A stretch of 64,000 nt of DNA from an uncultured delta proteobacterium (GCA_963814585.1 CAWFDF010000012.1:448001-512000); one strand, 5' to 3'; shown: positions 11,175 to 22,722, counted from the stretch's first letter. Made by a program: numbers and translations. The notes: generated by a model not told the origin, from the letters alone.

Positions 11175-12905
11175 CTAGAGCTCCTCGATCTGGTCCACGC
11201 CGCCCTCGAGGAGGCGGGCGGCTTGCTGGATGTTGGGGTGGGCACGGGCGGACTCGCGCACCCGGCGCGAGCGGGCCAGCCGATCGGCCTGCTCGGCGGC
11301 GGCCAGCGAGACCGGCGCCGACTCGCCCGGGGGGGGCGCCGCGGATTCACCCAGCGTGATCGCCAGCCGGGTGGGCCGGCCGAAGCAGCGGGCGAAGACC
11401 GCCTCGATCTCGGGACGCCGCCGCTCGGCGGCGGTGGCCATCAAGCCCGGCGGGAGCTGCACGCCGACCTCGCCGTCGCGGATCCAGCGCAGGGTGGCCT
11501 GCTTCAGGGCCGGGGAGGCCGCCGGGCTCACCTTCTCGACCTCGTCGACCACGGCGCGCCAGCGCTCCGCCAGCGGGGCGGCGGGATCGATCAGCGGCGC
11601 TCCCGCCACCTCCGGCGGCGCGGGGGCGGGGGCCGGGCCGGGCACCGCGGTCGCGAGCGGCCCGGCGGCACCCCGCGGCGGGGCCGGCGGCGCCGCGGCG
11701 GGCCCGGGGTTGGCGGCCGGTCGGGCCCCGCCGGCGCCTCCACCCCTCGGCGGCGGGGGCGGCGGGAGCGCGCCGCCGGCCAGCGCCTCGACCCGGGCGA
11801 TGAGCGCGGCGACGTCGGCGCCCGGGGCCAGGAAGACGGCCTTGAGCAGCGCCACCTCCAGCGCGTGGCGCGGCTGGTCGGCCAGCCGGGTCTCCACCAC
11901 GGCGCGCTGGGCCAGGTCGAAGAGCCGGGTGAGCTGGGCCGGCTCGGCCGCCCGCGCTTGCGAGCGCACCTCGTCGAGCTCGGTGTCGGGCAGGTCGAGC
12001 GCCGCCTCCGGGGCCAGGCAGGCCACCACCACGTTGCGGAGGTGGCGCGCCAGCTCCTCGGCGACCCGCTTCATCTCCAGCCCGCGCTCGTAGAGCAGGG
12101 CGATCTCGGCGAGCAGCGCCGCCCCGTCGCGCTGGATCAGCGCCCCGGCCAGCCGGCCCACCGCCGCCACGTCGACGGTGCCGAGCGCCTCGGCCACCTC
12201 GGCGTCGCCCGGGGCGTCGCCGCAGGCGGCCCGCACCCGGTCGAGCAGGGAGAGGGCGTCGCGCATCCCGCCCTCGGCGGCGCGCGCCACCATGGCCAGC
12301 GCCGCCGGGGAGAGCTTCATCCCCTCCTCGGCCGCGACGTGGGCGAGCTGGGCGGCGATCTGCTGCTGCGTCAGGCGGCGGAAGTCGAAGCGCTGGCAGC
12401 GCGAGACGATGGTCTCGGGCACCTTGTGGACGTCGGTGGTGGCCAGCACGAACATGACGTGCTCGGGCGGCTCCTCCAGCGTCTTCAGGAGGGCGTTGAA
12501 GGCCCCCTGCGAGAGCATGTGGACCTCGTCGATGACGAAGACCTTGTAGCGATCGCGGGCCGGCCGGTACTTCACCGCCTCGACGATGTCGCGGACGTTG
12601 TCGACGCCGTTGTTGGAGGCGGCGTCGATCTCGATGACGTCGACGCTCCGGCCGTCGGCGATCTCCTGGCAGGGGACGCAGGCGCCGCAGGGCTCGGGCG
12701 TCGGCCCCTTCACGCAGTTCACCGCCTTGGCCACCAGGCGGGCCGCGGTGGTCTTCCCGACGCCGCGCGGGCCGGTGAAGAGGAAGGCGTGGGCCAGCTG
12801 CCCGCGCTCCAGCGCGTTGGCCAGCGTCTGGACCACGTGCGCCTGGCCCGACATCTCGCCGAAGCGCTGCGGTCGGTACTTGCGGGCGAGGACGAGGTAG
12901 GCCAT
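11175..12905 (-). CDS. dnaX: DNA polymerase III subunit gamma/tau
   Basis: MAYLVLARKYRPQ, GPRGVGKTT, IDEVHMLS, SRCQRF motifs. Confidence 0.98.
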   Translation of the reverse strand: MAYLVLARKYRPQRFGEMSGQAHVVQTLANALERGQLAHAFLFTGPRGVGKTTAARLVAKAVNCVKGPTPEPCGACVPCQEIADGRSVDVIEIDAASNNGVDNVRDIVEAVKYRPARDRYKVFVIDEVHMLSQGAFNALLKTLEEPPEHVMFVLATTDVHKVPETIVSRCQRFDFRRLTQQQIAAQLAHVAAEEGMKLSPAALAMVARAAEGGMRDALSLLDRVRAACGDAPGDAEVAEALGTVDVAAVGRLAGALIQRDGAALLAEIALLYERGLEMKRVAEELARHLRNVVVACLAPEAALDLPDTELDEVRSQARAAEPAQLTRLFDLAQRAVVETRLADQPRHALEVALLKAVFLAPGADVAALIARVEALAGGALPPPPPPRGGGAGGARPAANPGPAAAPPAPPRGAAGPLATAVPGPAPAPAPPEVAGAPLIDPAAPLAERWRAVVDEVEKVSPAASPALKQATLRWIRDGEVGVQLPPGLMATAAERRRPEIEAVFARCFGRPTRLAITLGESAAPPPGESAPVSLAAAEQADRLARSRRVRESARAHPNIQQAARLLEGGVDQIEEL

Positions 12906-12947
12906 CGGCGATCCTTCGAGGCAGCGTTGGCTTTACCAGAAAAGCGC

Positions 12948-13056
12948 GAGCCGGCCCACAATCCCCGGGCGCACGGAGGTCCTTCTACCGTTGCTCCCTT
13001 CCGGGCCTGGCGGGGTTCGAAGAAGCCCACGTCGCCCGAGGATTCTGGGCCGGCTC
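12948..13056 (-). ncRNA. ffs: Signal recognition particle RNA (4.5S)
   Basis: Long hairpin closed by GAGCCGGCCCA...TGGGCCGGCTC, with the conserved CCAGGCCCGGAAGGGAGCAACGG core; canonical position upstream of dnaX. Confidence 0.93.
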
Positions 13057-13083
13057 ACCTGTCGGCCTCGCAGGGCCGGTGGC

Positions 13084-13173
13084 TGGCGGAGAGGGTGGGA
13101 TTTGAACCCACGGTACCGTTCCCAGTACACACGATTTCCAGTCGTGCACCTTCGGCCGCTCGGTCACCTCTCC
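13084..13173 (-). tRNA. tRNA-Ser(GGA)
   Basis: GGAGAGG acceptor stem, anticodon arm CACGA-CT-GGA-AA-TCGTG, long variable arm, GTTCAAATC T-loop, encoded CCA. Confidence 0.97.
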
Positions 13174-13185
13174 AGGAACTGAATG

Positions 13186-13273
13186 CGGAGAGCGAGGGAT
13201 TCGAACCCCCGGTACAGTTGCCCGTACACCTGATTTCGAGTCAGGCGCCTTCGACCAGCTCGGCCAGCTCTCC
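13186..13273 (-). tRNA. tRNA-Ser(CGA)
   Basis: Anticodon arm CCTGA-CT-CGA-AA-TCAGG, long variable arm, GTTCGAATC; CCA not encoded. Confidence 0.96.
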
Positions 13274-13328
13274 GCGCGCGGGTGTACCCGATCAGGCGGG
13301 GTCTTGCCAAGCCTCAAGGCGCGATGGA

Positions 13329-13814
<486 letters not shown>

Positions 13815-13899
13815 TCACGTACGCACCGTGGGGGCGACCGTTTCTTGCTACCATCGGCGCGAGTTCGCATACTGCGGGCCTCCCCCGGAGGAGTACCAC

Positions 13900-16800
13900 A
13901 TGACCTGGAAAGCCTGCCTGGCGTCGATCGCGACCACTGCCCTCGTGGCCTGCGGCGGAGGCAGCGAGGGCGGCGGGACCTCCTCCGGCGGCGTCCTCAC
14001 GCTGACCTCCAGCGCCCCCCAGGTGGTGGCCAACGGCACCAACGCGGTGATCATCCACGTCGACGGCAGCCAGAAGGGGCCCATCGCCGTCCGGACCGAC
14101 CGCGGCCACTTCCAGGAGAGCGGCGGCCTCACCGCCAGCAACCCCACCACGCCCTTCGACGTCACGCTCGTCACCTGCGACTCCCGGATCACCTCCGGTT
14201 GCGCCGGCTACGCCCAGCTGACCGCCTCCGACCAGAACCTGGCCAGCAACAGGATCCAGGTGCGCTTCGTGGCCGTCGAGTCCTGCACCAACAAGGCCGA
14301 CGACGACGGCGACGGCCAGGATCGACTGCGCCGATCCCGAGTGCGCCACCCAGGCCTGCGGCGCCAACGGCCAGACCTGCAGCGCGGCCAGCCCCTCGGT
14401 CTGCTGTGCCCCAGCGGACAGGCCAACGAGACGCCCGCCCAGGCGCGGCCGCCACCGCCGGCCGACAACGACTGCGACGGAAGCTCGGGCTGCGCCGACA
14501 CCGACTGCCTCGGCCAGCTCTGTGCCACCGGCACGCTGGTCAGCGGCCACCCGGTCTGTCGGCACCTGCAAGGCCGGCGGCGCCTGCACCTGCGTCGCCA
14601 CGCAGGCCGCCAAGGAGACCAGCTGCGGTGACGGCGTCGACAACGACTGCGACGGCCTGATCGACTGCGACGATCCCGACTGCCAGGGGAAGGCCGGCCT
14701 CCCCGGCGAGTTCTGCGCCGCGGCACGGCCCGGCCTGACGTGCTCCAACCCCGCCGCCACCGGCGGAAGCTCGACCTGCTCGGTCTGCGCCCCCAACAAG
14801 AGCTTCGCGCTGGCCCAGCCGACCGAGACGACCTGCACCGACGGGATCGACAACGACTGCGACGGCCAGGTCGACTGCGCCGACGGTGACTGCGTGAGCG
14901 CCGGCGCCGTCTGCGGCGTCAACAACGAGCGCTGCGCGGCCGACCTGACCTGCCGCTGCCCCGACACGACGGGCCAGGAGACGGTCTGCGACGACGGCCA
15001 GGACAACGACTGCGACGGCAAGAAGGACTGCGCCGACGGTGACTGCGCCACCAGGACCTGCGGACCGAACGGCTTCAGGTGCGGCGCGACCGCCGGCAGC
15101 GCCTGCGCCTGCTCCGGTAACGGCGGCCTGGCCCAGCCGGCCAAGGAGACCAGCTGCAGCGACGGCTTCGACAACGACTGCGACGGCCTGGCCGACTGCG
15201 CTGATGCCGACTGCAAGGCCACCGCCGCAGGAGGCTTCGGCCAGGCCTGCGCCACGCCGACGCTGGTCGCCAATGCCAGGTGCGACTACTTCGGTGCCTG
15301 CGCCTGCCCCGGCGGCCAGGCCCACGAGACCTCCTGCGGGGACGGCTCCGACAATGACTGCGACGGCCTCCTCGAGTGCTCGGACCCCGACTGCACCGGC
15401 CAGGCCTGCGGGACCTTCGGAATGACCTGCCCGGCCGGCGGGGGCGCTTGCTCCTGCCCGACCGGCGTCACCGAGATCTGCAACGACGGCAGGGACAACA
15501 ACTGCGACGGCAAGGTCGACTGCGACGAGGGCGCGTGCGCCAACCAGCAGTGCCTCCCTGGCGCGCCCACCTACCTCTGCCGCCAGGTCGGGGCCGCGAC
15601 CTCCTACTTCTGCAAGGACACCAGCAACTACATCCTCACCGTGACCGCCGCCGCGCCCAGGATCCCGGCCGACGGGCTGGCCACCTCGTCCGTCAACGCC
15701 TACCTGCAGGACGCCACCGGCGCGTCGCCGGTCGCCGTCGGCGGCGCCACCATCGCCTTCTTCGCCAGCACGGGCTCGATCGATCCGAGCGCCGTCACCG
15801 GCACCTCGGGCACGACTCAGGGGAAGGCGACCGTCACCTTCACGGCCCCGACCCTGTCCGGTGTGGCCACCGTGACGGCACAGTACAGCTACGCCGGCGG
15901 CAACGTCTTCGCCTCGACGACCATCACCGCCCCGCTGCTCAGCCAGATCAGCCTGGTCGACCAGGTCCCCACCATCCTCGGCGCCCGCGACTCCGGCTAC
16001 CAGGAGTCGAGCGAGCTGACCTTCGCGCTCAAGGACTCGTCCAACCTGACCTACCCGGCCGGCCTCACCGTCAACTTCGAGCACGTCCCGCTGGGCGGCT
16101 CCTTCATCGGCGCCTCGCCGAGCTGCGTCACCACCCCCACGCCCCTGTGCACGGCCAGCGGCGTCACCGACGCCACCGGCAAGGTGAAGGTGATCCTCCA
16201 CTCCGGCCGGATCGCCGGGGTGGTCTCGGTGATGGCGAAGGCCCAGGCCGGCGGCAGCGGCCTCAAGACCGCCACCGCCAGCAACATCCCCATCGTCGCC
16301 GCCAAGGCCAGCGGCTCCCAGATCTCGCTCAACTGCACTCCGCGGAACATCCCGGCCCTCATCGACCAGGACTGCACCAACTCCAACTACGCCGGCGCCG
16401 ACGCCTCGCCGAAGTGCACGGTGACGCTGGCCGACCGATACGGCCGGGCCCTCGGTGTGGCCACGGTGGCCACCTTCGAGTCGGAGGCCGGCATCGTGGT
16501 CGGCTCGCCAGCAACGACCCCGGCCTACCCGACCTCCCCGCAGGGGGAGGCCTCGGCCTTCGTCAAGGTCACCGGTGGCAAGCTGCCGGTCAACGTGGCT
16601 CCGTGGGCAGGGACCGAGTACTCGCTCACCCACAACTGGGACGGGTGCCCGAGCCGGGAGCACAACCCGCGCGACGGCATGGTCACGGTGATCGTCAAGG
16701 TCAGCGGCGAGGAGGGGTTCGTCGACGGCTCCAACGGCTGCCCGGCCGACGGCGCCTACCAGGGGCCGGGCTCGGGCGTGCAGGACTGTGCCCCTGGCGG

Positions 16801-17545
16801 CGAGAACTTCATCGATCTCGCCGACCCCTTCGTCGACTCCAACGACAACGGCACCTGGGATCCTGGTGAGCCCTACGAGACCCGCAACCCCGACGGCAAG
16901 TGGCACGGTCCGAACGGCATCTGGGATTCCGACACCACCATCTGGGCCCAGTCGCGGATTCTCTACACCGACTACGTGGCGGTGGCGTGGGATGGCCGCG
17001 GCGAGCTGGGCTCCCGCTTCTTCAACGGCTCGCCGACACCGCCGGCCCCGACGCCCACCGCCTCGTTCTCGGTCCTGGCCGCCGTGCCGGCCCAGGCGGG
17101 CCCTCCACCGATCCCGGCCCAGCCAGCCACGAGCTACGGCGTCGAGCTCTTCTTCGGCGACGCCAACTTCAACATTCCCAACTCCAAGTATGCCTACGCG
17201 GTCACCAAGCCGGCCGCCGCCAGGCTCAGCGTGGCCTTCACGTCGGGCGGCACGCCCACCACCATCGACAGCCTGGGGATGGGCTTCACGCAGCTCTATT
17301 GCAGCAGCCTGACCCCGGCCAACCCGTCGGTGGACTGCTCCAACCAGTGCAACTGGGCCCCCTGCTACCCCATCGTGGACGTGTCCGGGTTCAACTACGG
17401 CGCCTGGGGTTCGATCCTCGTCACCGGCGGCGCGACGCCGGACGGCCTGGTCTGCGTGGGCGTCAACGGATTGCTGACCACCTCGGGGACCAGCGGCTCC
17501 ACCACGGTCATCACGCCAATCGGCGTCTGCGGCACCAGCAACTGA
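13900..17545 (+). CDS. Large Cys-rich repeat, Ig-like surface lipoprotein (~1,200 aa); indels at about 14320-14560
   Basis: GGAGG RBS, then MTWKACLASIATTALVAC lipobox; about 8 repeats of ExxCxDGxDNDCDGxxDCxDxDC; Big/invasin-like segments (IPADGLATSSV, TDATGKVKV). The frame joins track ORF 14522..17545. Confidence 0.8.
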
Positions 17546-17562
17546 GCCGTACCGCCTGACCC

Positions 17563-17594
17563 GCGCCCGGCTCCCCACCGCGGGGGCCGGGCGC
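17563..17594. terminator. Hairpin between convergent genes
   Basis: GCGCCCGGCTCCCC...GGGGGCCGGGCGC stem. Confidence 0.55.
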
Positions 17595-17602
17595 TTCCAC
17601 GC

Positions 17603-19339
17603 TCAGGCCCCGGCCCCCGGCCCGGTCCTCAGCTCGGGGTGGTCGGCGCAGGCCAGCCCGCAGGCCCGGCAGCTCTCCACCTCGCACTTCGGGGTGATGC
17701 GGGCCCCCAGGCCGCGCCGCTGCTCGCGGGCCAGGAAGGCCTTGGTGAGGCCGTGGTCGATGAAGTCCCAGGGCAGCTGCTCCTCGACCGCCGCCTCGCG
17801 CAGCACGAAGAAGTCCGGATCGTGCGGCCAGCGGCGCAGCGCCCGCCCCAGGTCCCCCTCGAACTCGCGGTGGGCCAGCTCCAGCAGGTCGGCGCAGCGC
17901 CGGTCGCCGCGCGAGAGGAGCGCCTGCAGCGCCGCCTCGCGCGGGCTCATGAAGTCGACGTCGATGCCGAGCGGCCTCAGCTCGCGCTCCAGCAGCTTGC
18001 GCTTCCCCTCCAGGCACTTCCGGCCGTGCATGGGCTGCCACTGGAACGGGGTCCAGGGCTTGGGGACGAACGGGTTGACGGAGAGGGTGATGCGCCCCAT
18101 CCGCCGGGTGACCCGGGCGCGCGGCGCCATCACCTCCTCGCGGATGCGGATGGCCAGCCTGGCCATCCCCAGCACGTCCTCGTCGGTCTCGGTGGGCAGG
18201 CCGCACATGAAGTAGAGCTTGACGTGCTGCATCCCGGCGGCCAGCGCGTCGGCCGCCGCCTGCACGATCCGGTCGTCGCTGAAGTCCTTGTTGATCACCT
18301 CGCGCATCCGGGGCGTGCCGGCCTCCGGCGCCAGCGTGATGGAGCGCTCGCCGCCGGCCGCCATCCGCCCGGCCAGCAGCGGCGTGATGGCGTCGACCCG
18401 CAGCGACGACGGGCTGAAGGTGCCGCCGGCCTCGCCGATGAAGCAGGTGAGCGGATCCAGCCCGGAGTGGTCGCTGGTGTCGGGGCCGACCAGCCCGACC
18501 CGCTGCCCGGCCGCGATCCCCTTCCTCACCTCGCCGCGCAGGGTCTCCAGGTCCACCTCGCGGTAGGGGCGCTGCACGAAGCCGGCGGCGCAGAAGCGGC
18601 AGCCCCACAGGCAGCCACGCGCCACCTCGGTGAGGAAGAGGTCGCCGAACTGGGCCTCGGGCGACTCGATGACCCGCGAGGTGGGGACCCTGGAGAGATC
18701 GGCCACGAAGCGGCGCGCCACCCGCCGAGGCGCCCCGTCGAGCGGCGTGAAGCGGGTGACCCAGCCGGCGCCGGCCCGGGTGTCGGCGTACTCGACCTGG
18801 TAGAGCCCCGGCACGTAGGCCCCCGGCAGGTGGGCCAGCTCGCGCAGCAGCCCGGCGCGGGGCCGCCCGGCCTGGCCCCTCAGCCAGGCCAGGAACGGCG
18901 GCACCAGCTCCTCCCCCTCGCCGATGAGGACGGCGTCGAGGAAGGGGGCCACCGGCTCGGGGTTGATCTGCATGGCGATGCCGCCGGCCACCACCAGGGG
19001 GTGGCGCTGGTCGCGATCGGCGGCCCGCAGCGGGAGGCCGGCCCGATCCAGGAGCTCGAGCAGGTGGACGAAGTCGTCCTCGAAGGAGAGCGAGAAGGCC
19101 ACCACGTCGAACTGGCCGAGCGGCGTGCCCGACTCCACCGAGCGCGGCGTGCCGCCGTCCTCCGGCAGGAACACCCGCTCGCAGCGGGTGGCGTCGTCGT
19201 CGTTGAAGAGCCGGTAGACGGCGTGGAAGCCGAGGTTGGCCATCGCCACCCGCTCGGCGTTCGGGTAGCACAGGGCCACCCCGAGGCGGCCACCGGGGTC
19301 CTTGCGGACGGCGCCGCGCGGCAGGGTGGTGGGATCCAT
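17603..19339 (-). CDS. Radical SAM protein, probably the B12-binding TIGR03960-like type
   Basis: EVARGCLWGCRFC (CxxxCxxC), TLAPEAG, KLYFMCGLPTET, FVPKPWTPFQ, LPWDFID; C-terminal Cys cluster. Confidence 0.85.
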   Translation of the reverse strand: MDPTTLPRGAVRKDPGGRLGVALCYPNAERVAMANLGFHAVYRLFNDDDATRCERVFLPEDGGTPRSVESGTPLGQFDVVAFSLSFEDDFVHLLELLDRAGLPLRAADRDQRHPLVVAGGIAMQINPEPVAPFLDAVLIGEGEELVPPFLAWLRGQAGRPRAGLLRELAHLPGAYVPGLYQVEYADTRAGAGWVTRFTPLDGAPRRVARRFVADLSRVPTSRVIESPEAQFGDLFLTEVARGCLWGCRFCAAGFVQRPYREVDLETLRGEVRKGIAAGQRVGLVGPDTSDHSGLDPLTCFIGEAGGTFSPSSLRVDAITPLLAGRMAAGGERSITLAPEAGTPRMREVINKDFSDDRIVQAAADALAAGMQHVKLYFMCGLPTETDEDVLGMARLAIRIREEVMAPRARVTRRMGRITLSVNPFVPKPWTPFQWQPMHGRKCLEGKRKLLERELRPLGIDVDFMSPREAALQALLSRGDRRCADLLELAHREFEGDLGRALRRWPHDPDFFVLREAAVEEQLPWDFIDHGLTKAFLAREQRRGLGARITPKCEVESCRACGLACADHPELRTGPGAGA

Positions 19340-19456
19340 CCGCGTCCTCCTCTATGCCACCCGGTGACCCGGCGCCACTCCCCCTGGCCGGGAGGCCCGC
19401 TGAGGCCGCTCGCCGACGCGTGATACCATCGGGCCCCCACGCCGGAGACTGCACCG

Positions 19457-20377
19457 ATGCGCCCCACCGTCCCCATCGCCGCGCTCGCCCTCCTGCTCGC
19501 CGGCTGCGCCGCCCGGACCCCCTCGACCGCGCCCACGCCGGCCCAGGCGGCCGGTCCCGAGCCGACCACGCCGGAGGGGCTGCTGCCGGGCATCCCGCTC
19601 GACGGCCTCAGCGCCGCCCAGCAGCAGGCGGTGGCCGAGATCGCCCAGGAGGAGTTCTGCTACTGCGGCTGCCCGCACACCGTCTCCCAGTGCCTGCGAC
19701 AGCACGGCGGCTGCCACCACGCCAAGCGGATGGCGCGGCTGGCGTCCCGCCTGGCCATGGGCGGCCTGCCCAAGCCCGAGATCCAGAAGACGCTGGTGAA
19801 GTACTACGCCTCGTTCGACCGCCCACGGCGCGCCCAGCTCGACCTCGCCGAGTTCGGCCCGCCCTACGGCGAGGCCGACGCCGCCGTCACGCTGGTCGAG
19901 TTCTCCGACTTCACCTGCCCGTACTGCCAGCTGATGCGGCCGGTGCTGGAGCGGTTCGTCGCCGAGCGGCGGGGCCGCGTCAAGCTCCACTTCAAGCCCT
20001 TCCCCATCGAGTCCCACCCCGACGCCGTCGAGGCGGCCCAGGCTGGCGAGTGGGCCCGCGAGCAGGGGATCTTCTGGGCCTTCCACGACCTGATGTTCGC
20101 AAGGAACCACGCGCTCTCCATCGAGCAGCTGGCGAGCTACGCCACCGAGGCCGGCAAGGACGGCGCCGACCTGCGCGCCGCGCTCGAGTCGGGGAAGTAC
20201 CGCTACAAGGTCGAGAGGGCGCAGGCCGAGGCCCGGGCCGCCGGGCTGCGCGGCACGCCCACCCTCTTCCTCAACGGCCGCATCCACCTCGTCCCCGACT
20301 ACTCCGAGTGGATGCTGGAGTTCACGCTGCAGGACGAGGAGGAGTGGCAGGAGACGCAGGGCTGGAGCCGGGACTGA
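19457..20377 (+). CDS. DsbA-family thioredoxin lipoprotein with an extra Cys/His domain
   Basis: LLAGC lipobox; EFSDFTCPYC; GTPTLFLNG; N-terminal CYCGCPH...C...GCHH. Confidence 0.85.
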   Translation: MRPTVPIAALALLLAGCAARTPSTAPTPAQAAGPEPTTPEGLLPGIPLDGLSAAQQQAVAEIAQEEFCYCGCPHTVSQCLRQHGGCHHAKRMARLASRLAMGGLPKPEIQKTLVKYYASFDRPRRAQLDLAEFGPPYGEADAAVTLVEFSDFTCPYCQLMRPVLERFVAERRGRVKLHFKPFPIESHPDAVEAAQAGEWAREQGIFWAFHDLMFARNHALSIEQLASYATEAGKDGADLRAALESGKYRYKVERAQAEARAAGLRGTPTLFLNGRIHLVPDYSEWMLEFTLQDEEEWQETQGWSRD

Positions 20378-21648
20378 TGCCCCGCTGGTTCGACATCGAT
20401 CCGCACGGTCGCCTGGCCCCGGGCTCTCCCGAGGTCCGCACCGCCCTGGGCGAGCGGGCCGGCCGGTTCGAGTGGCTCCCCTCCGCCCCGGATCTCCTGC
20501 TGGCGCGCCGCACCCCGGCCGCCGGCGGCGCCTCGCCCCGGCCGCGCGTGGTCCTCTCCGGGGACCTGTCCGCCTTCCCCATCGCCGACTTCATCGCCTT
20601 CGCCCACCAGTCGCGCCTCACCGGGGTCCTGCACGTGGTGAGCGCCGACGCCGAGCGGGCCATCGCCTTCAAGGACGGCGAGGTGCGCAGCTCCCGCTCC
20701 AGCGTCGTCGGCGAGCGGATCGGCGAGGTGGCGCTCAAGCTCGGGCTGGTCACCGAGGCGCAGCTGGCCCAGGCCATGGGCGGGCCGCGGCCGCTCGGCA
20801 AGGCGCTGGTGGAGCTGGGCCTGCTCACCTCCAACGACCTCTGGAGGTGCTTCCACGAGCAGATCACCGCGGTCTTCCACGCCATCCTCCTCCTGCAGGG
20901 CGGGGTCTTCTGGCTGCTCGACGACGACGGCGCGGACCTCACCAGCGCCCCGCAGGCGGTGAGCACCCAGGCCTTGCTGATGGACGGGATCAGGCGCATC
21001 GACGAGCTCAGCCTCTTCAGGGCGCGCATCCCGGGGCCGGAGTCCTTCCTGCGGCGGCGCGAGCCGGCCCGGGCGGTGACGCTCCAGCCGGTGGAGCAGC
21101 AGCTCCTGGCGCTGGTCGACGGCCGGCGCAGCGTGGCGCAGGTGGCCGGCGCCGCCCGCCTCGGCGAGTTCGACGCCACCAAGGTCCTCTACCACCTCGC
21201 CGAGGCCGGCTACCTCGAGGCCACCGAGGCGCCGGCCGCGGAGTCGGCGGCCGACCAGGGGGCGCGCCTGGAGGCGCTGGGCCGCGGCCACGTCGAGCTG
21301 CTCCGGCTGGTGGTCGCCGCCCTCCAGCCCGGCGACCGCCTCGCCTTCATCGCCGCGGTCGCCGTCCACCTGCGGGATCCCGCCGCCCCGTTCGCCCCGC
21401 TCTTCCGCGGCCTGCTCCCGGGGCCGGACGGCGCGGTCGACAGCGCCGTCATGGTCGCCAACATCGAGGGGCTCCGGCCGCCGCCGCCGGAAGGCGAGAC
21501 CCCTCGCCTCCTCGCCGAGGGGCTGCGCGAGCTGCTCTTCTTCTACCTCTTCCTCGCCGGCGATCGGCTGGCGCCCGACGCCGACGAGCGGCTCGGCGCC
21601 GCGGTGCGGCGCCAGCTGACCGGGCTCGAGGGGCTGGCGGGCGGGTGA
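20377..21648 (+). CDS. DUF4388-like domain protein
   Basis: TGATG coupling to dsbA; LSGDLSAFPIADFI...LTGVLHV...RIGEVALKLGLVT...LLMDGIRRIDE, followed by a wHTH-like segment. Confidence 0.7.
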   Translation: MPRWFDIDPHGRLAPGSPEVRTALGERAGRFEWLPSAPDLLLARRTPAAGGASPRPRVVLSGDLSAFPIADFIAFAHQSRLTGVLHVVSADAERAIAFKDGEVRSSRSSVVGERIGEVALKLGLVTEAQLAQAMGGPRPLGKALVELGLLTSNDLWRCFHEQITAVFHAILLLQGGVFWLLDDDGADLTSAPQAVSTQALLMDGIRRIDELSLFRARIPGPESFLRRREPARAVTLQPVEQQLLALVDGRRSVAQVAGAARLGEFDATKVLYHLAEAGYLEATEAPAAESAADQGARLEALGRGHVELLRLVVAALQPGDRLAFIAAVAVHLRDPAAPFAPLFRGLLPGPDGAVDSAVMVANIEGLRPPPPEGETPRLLAEGLRELLFFYLFLAGDRLAPDADERLGAAVRRQLTGLEGLAGG

Positions 21649-21670
21649 CGGGCCGCCTCGGCGGGGCGCC

Positions 21671-22720
21671 ATGACACCGCTCCCCCACGTGACCGCCGCC
21701 TGCCCCGGCTCGGGCGGGCGGCTCAAGGTCGACCCCGAGGACTTCCGCGTCGACGAGCTGCCCGCCTACCTGCCGTCGGGGGCCGGGCCGCACCTCTACC
21801 TCCACGTCGAGAAGCGCGGGAGGACCACCCGCGACGTGGTCCGGGCGCTGGCCCGCGCCCTCGGAGTCGGCGAGCGGGAGGTCGGCTACGCCGGCCTCAA
21901 GGACCGGGCCGCCGTCACCACCCAGTGGCTCAGCTTCCCGGTGGCACGCGATCCCGACCCGGCGGCGCTGGCCGGCGACGGCTACCGCGTGCTGGCAGCG
22001 TCGCGCCACCAGAACAAGCTCCGCCCCGGCCACGCCCGTGGCAACGCCTTCGAGGTGGCGGTGCGCGGGGGCGACCTGGCCGCGGCGCAGCGCGCCGCCG
22101 CGGCGCTGGCCCGGGCCGGCCTGCCCAACTACTACGGCCCGCAGCGCTTCGGCCACGGGGGCGCCAACGCCGCCCTGGGGCGCGCCCTGCTCGCCCCCGA
22201 TCCCCCACCCGAGGCGAGGCGGGCGGCGCGGGACCGCTTCCTGCGCCGCTTCGCCCTCTCGGCCTTCCAGTCCGAGCTCTTCAACCGCTGGCTGGCCGAG
22301 CGCATCACCGATGGGCTCTTCGCCGTGGCGCTCGCCGGCGACCCGCTCAAGGTGCTGGAGAGCGGCGGCGTCTTCGTCTGCGAGTCCCCCGAGGAGGACA
22401 GCGCGCGGGTGGCGGCCTTCGAGGTGAGCCCGGCGGGGCCGATGTTCGGCCACCAGCTCAGGCCGGTCGCCGGCGGCGTGCCGGCCGGGCGCGAGGCGCG
22501 CCTGCTGGCGGCGGAGGGGCTGACGCTGGCCGACTTCGCCCGCGGCGGAGACGAGGCGGCCGGGACGAGGCGGGCCGCCCGGCTCCCCGTCGAGGTGGCG
22601 CTCGCGCCGCTCCCCGACGGCTACCTGGCGCGCTTCACCCTGCCGCGCGGCAGCTACGCCACGGTGGTGATGCGGGAGCTGATGAAGTCCGACGCCGACC
22701 TGCCCGAGGACGAGGCCTGA
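21671..22720 (+). CDS. truD: tRNA pseudouridine(13) synthase
   Basis: PEDFRVDE, GYAGLKDRAAVTTQ, PNYYGPQRFG, FTLPRGSYAT. Confidence 0.95.
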   Translation: MTPLPHVTAACPGSGGRLKVDPEDFRVDELPAYLPSGAGPHLYLHVEKRGRTTRDVVRALARALGVGEREVGYAGLKDRAAVTTQWLSFPVARDPDPAALAGDGYRVLAASRHQNKLRPGHARGNAFEVAVRGGDLAAAQRAAAALARAGLPNYYGPQRFGHGGANAALGRALLAPDPPPEARRAARDRFLRRFALSAFQSELFNRWLAERITDGLFAVALAGDPLKVLESGGVFVCESPEEDSARVAAFEVSPAGPMFGHQLRPVAGGVPAGREARLLAAEGLTLADFARGGDEAAGTRRAARLPVEVALAPLPDGYLARFTLPRGSYATVVMRELMKSDADLPEDEA

Positions 22721-22722
22721 CC

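Noticed and set aside
11175..12905. Programmed frameshift in dnaX producing gamma
   Set aside because: No A-AAA-AAG or poly-A slippery site was seen.
14270..15545. Periodic GACAACGACTGCGACGG repeats as a CRISPR array
   Set aside because: They are in-frame, degenerate protein repeats with irregular long spacing, and no cas genes are present.
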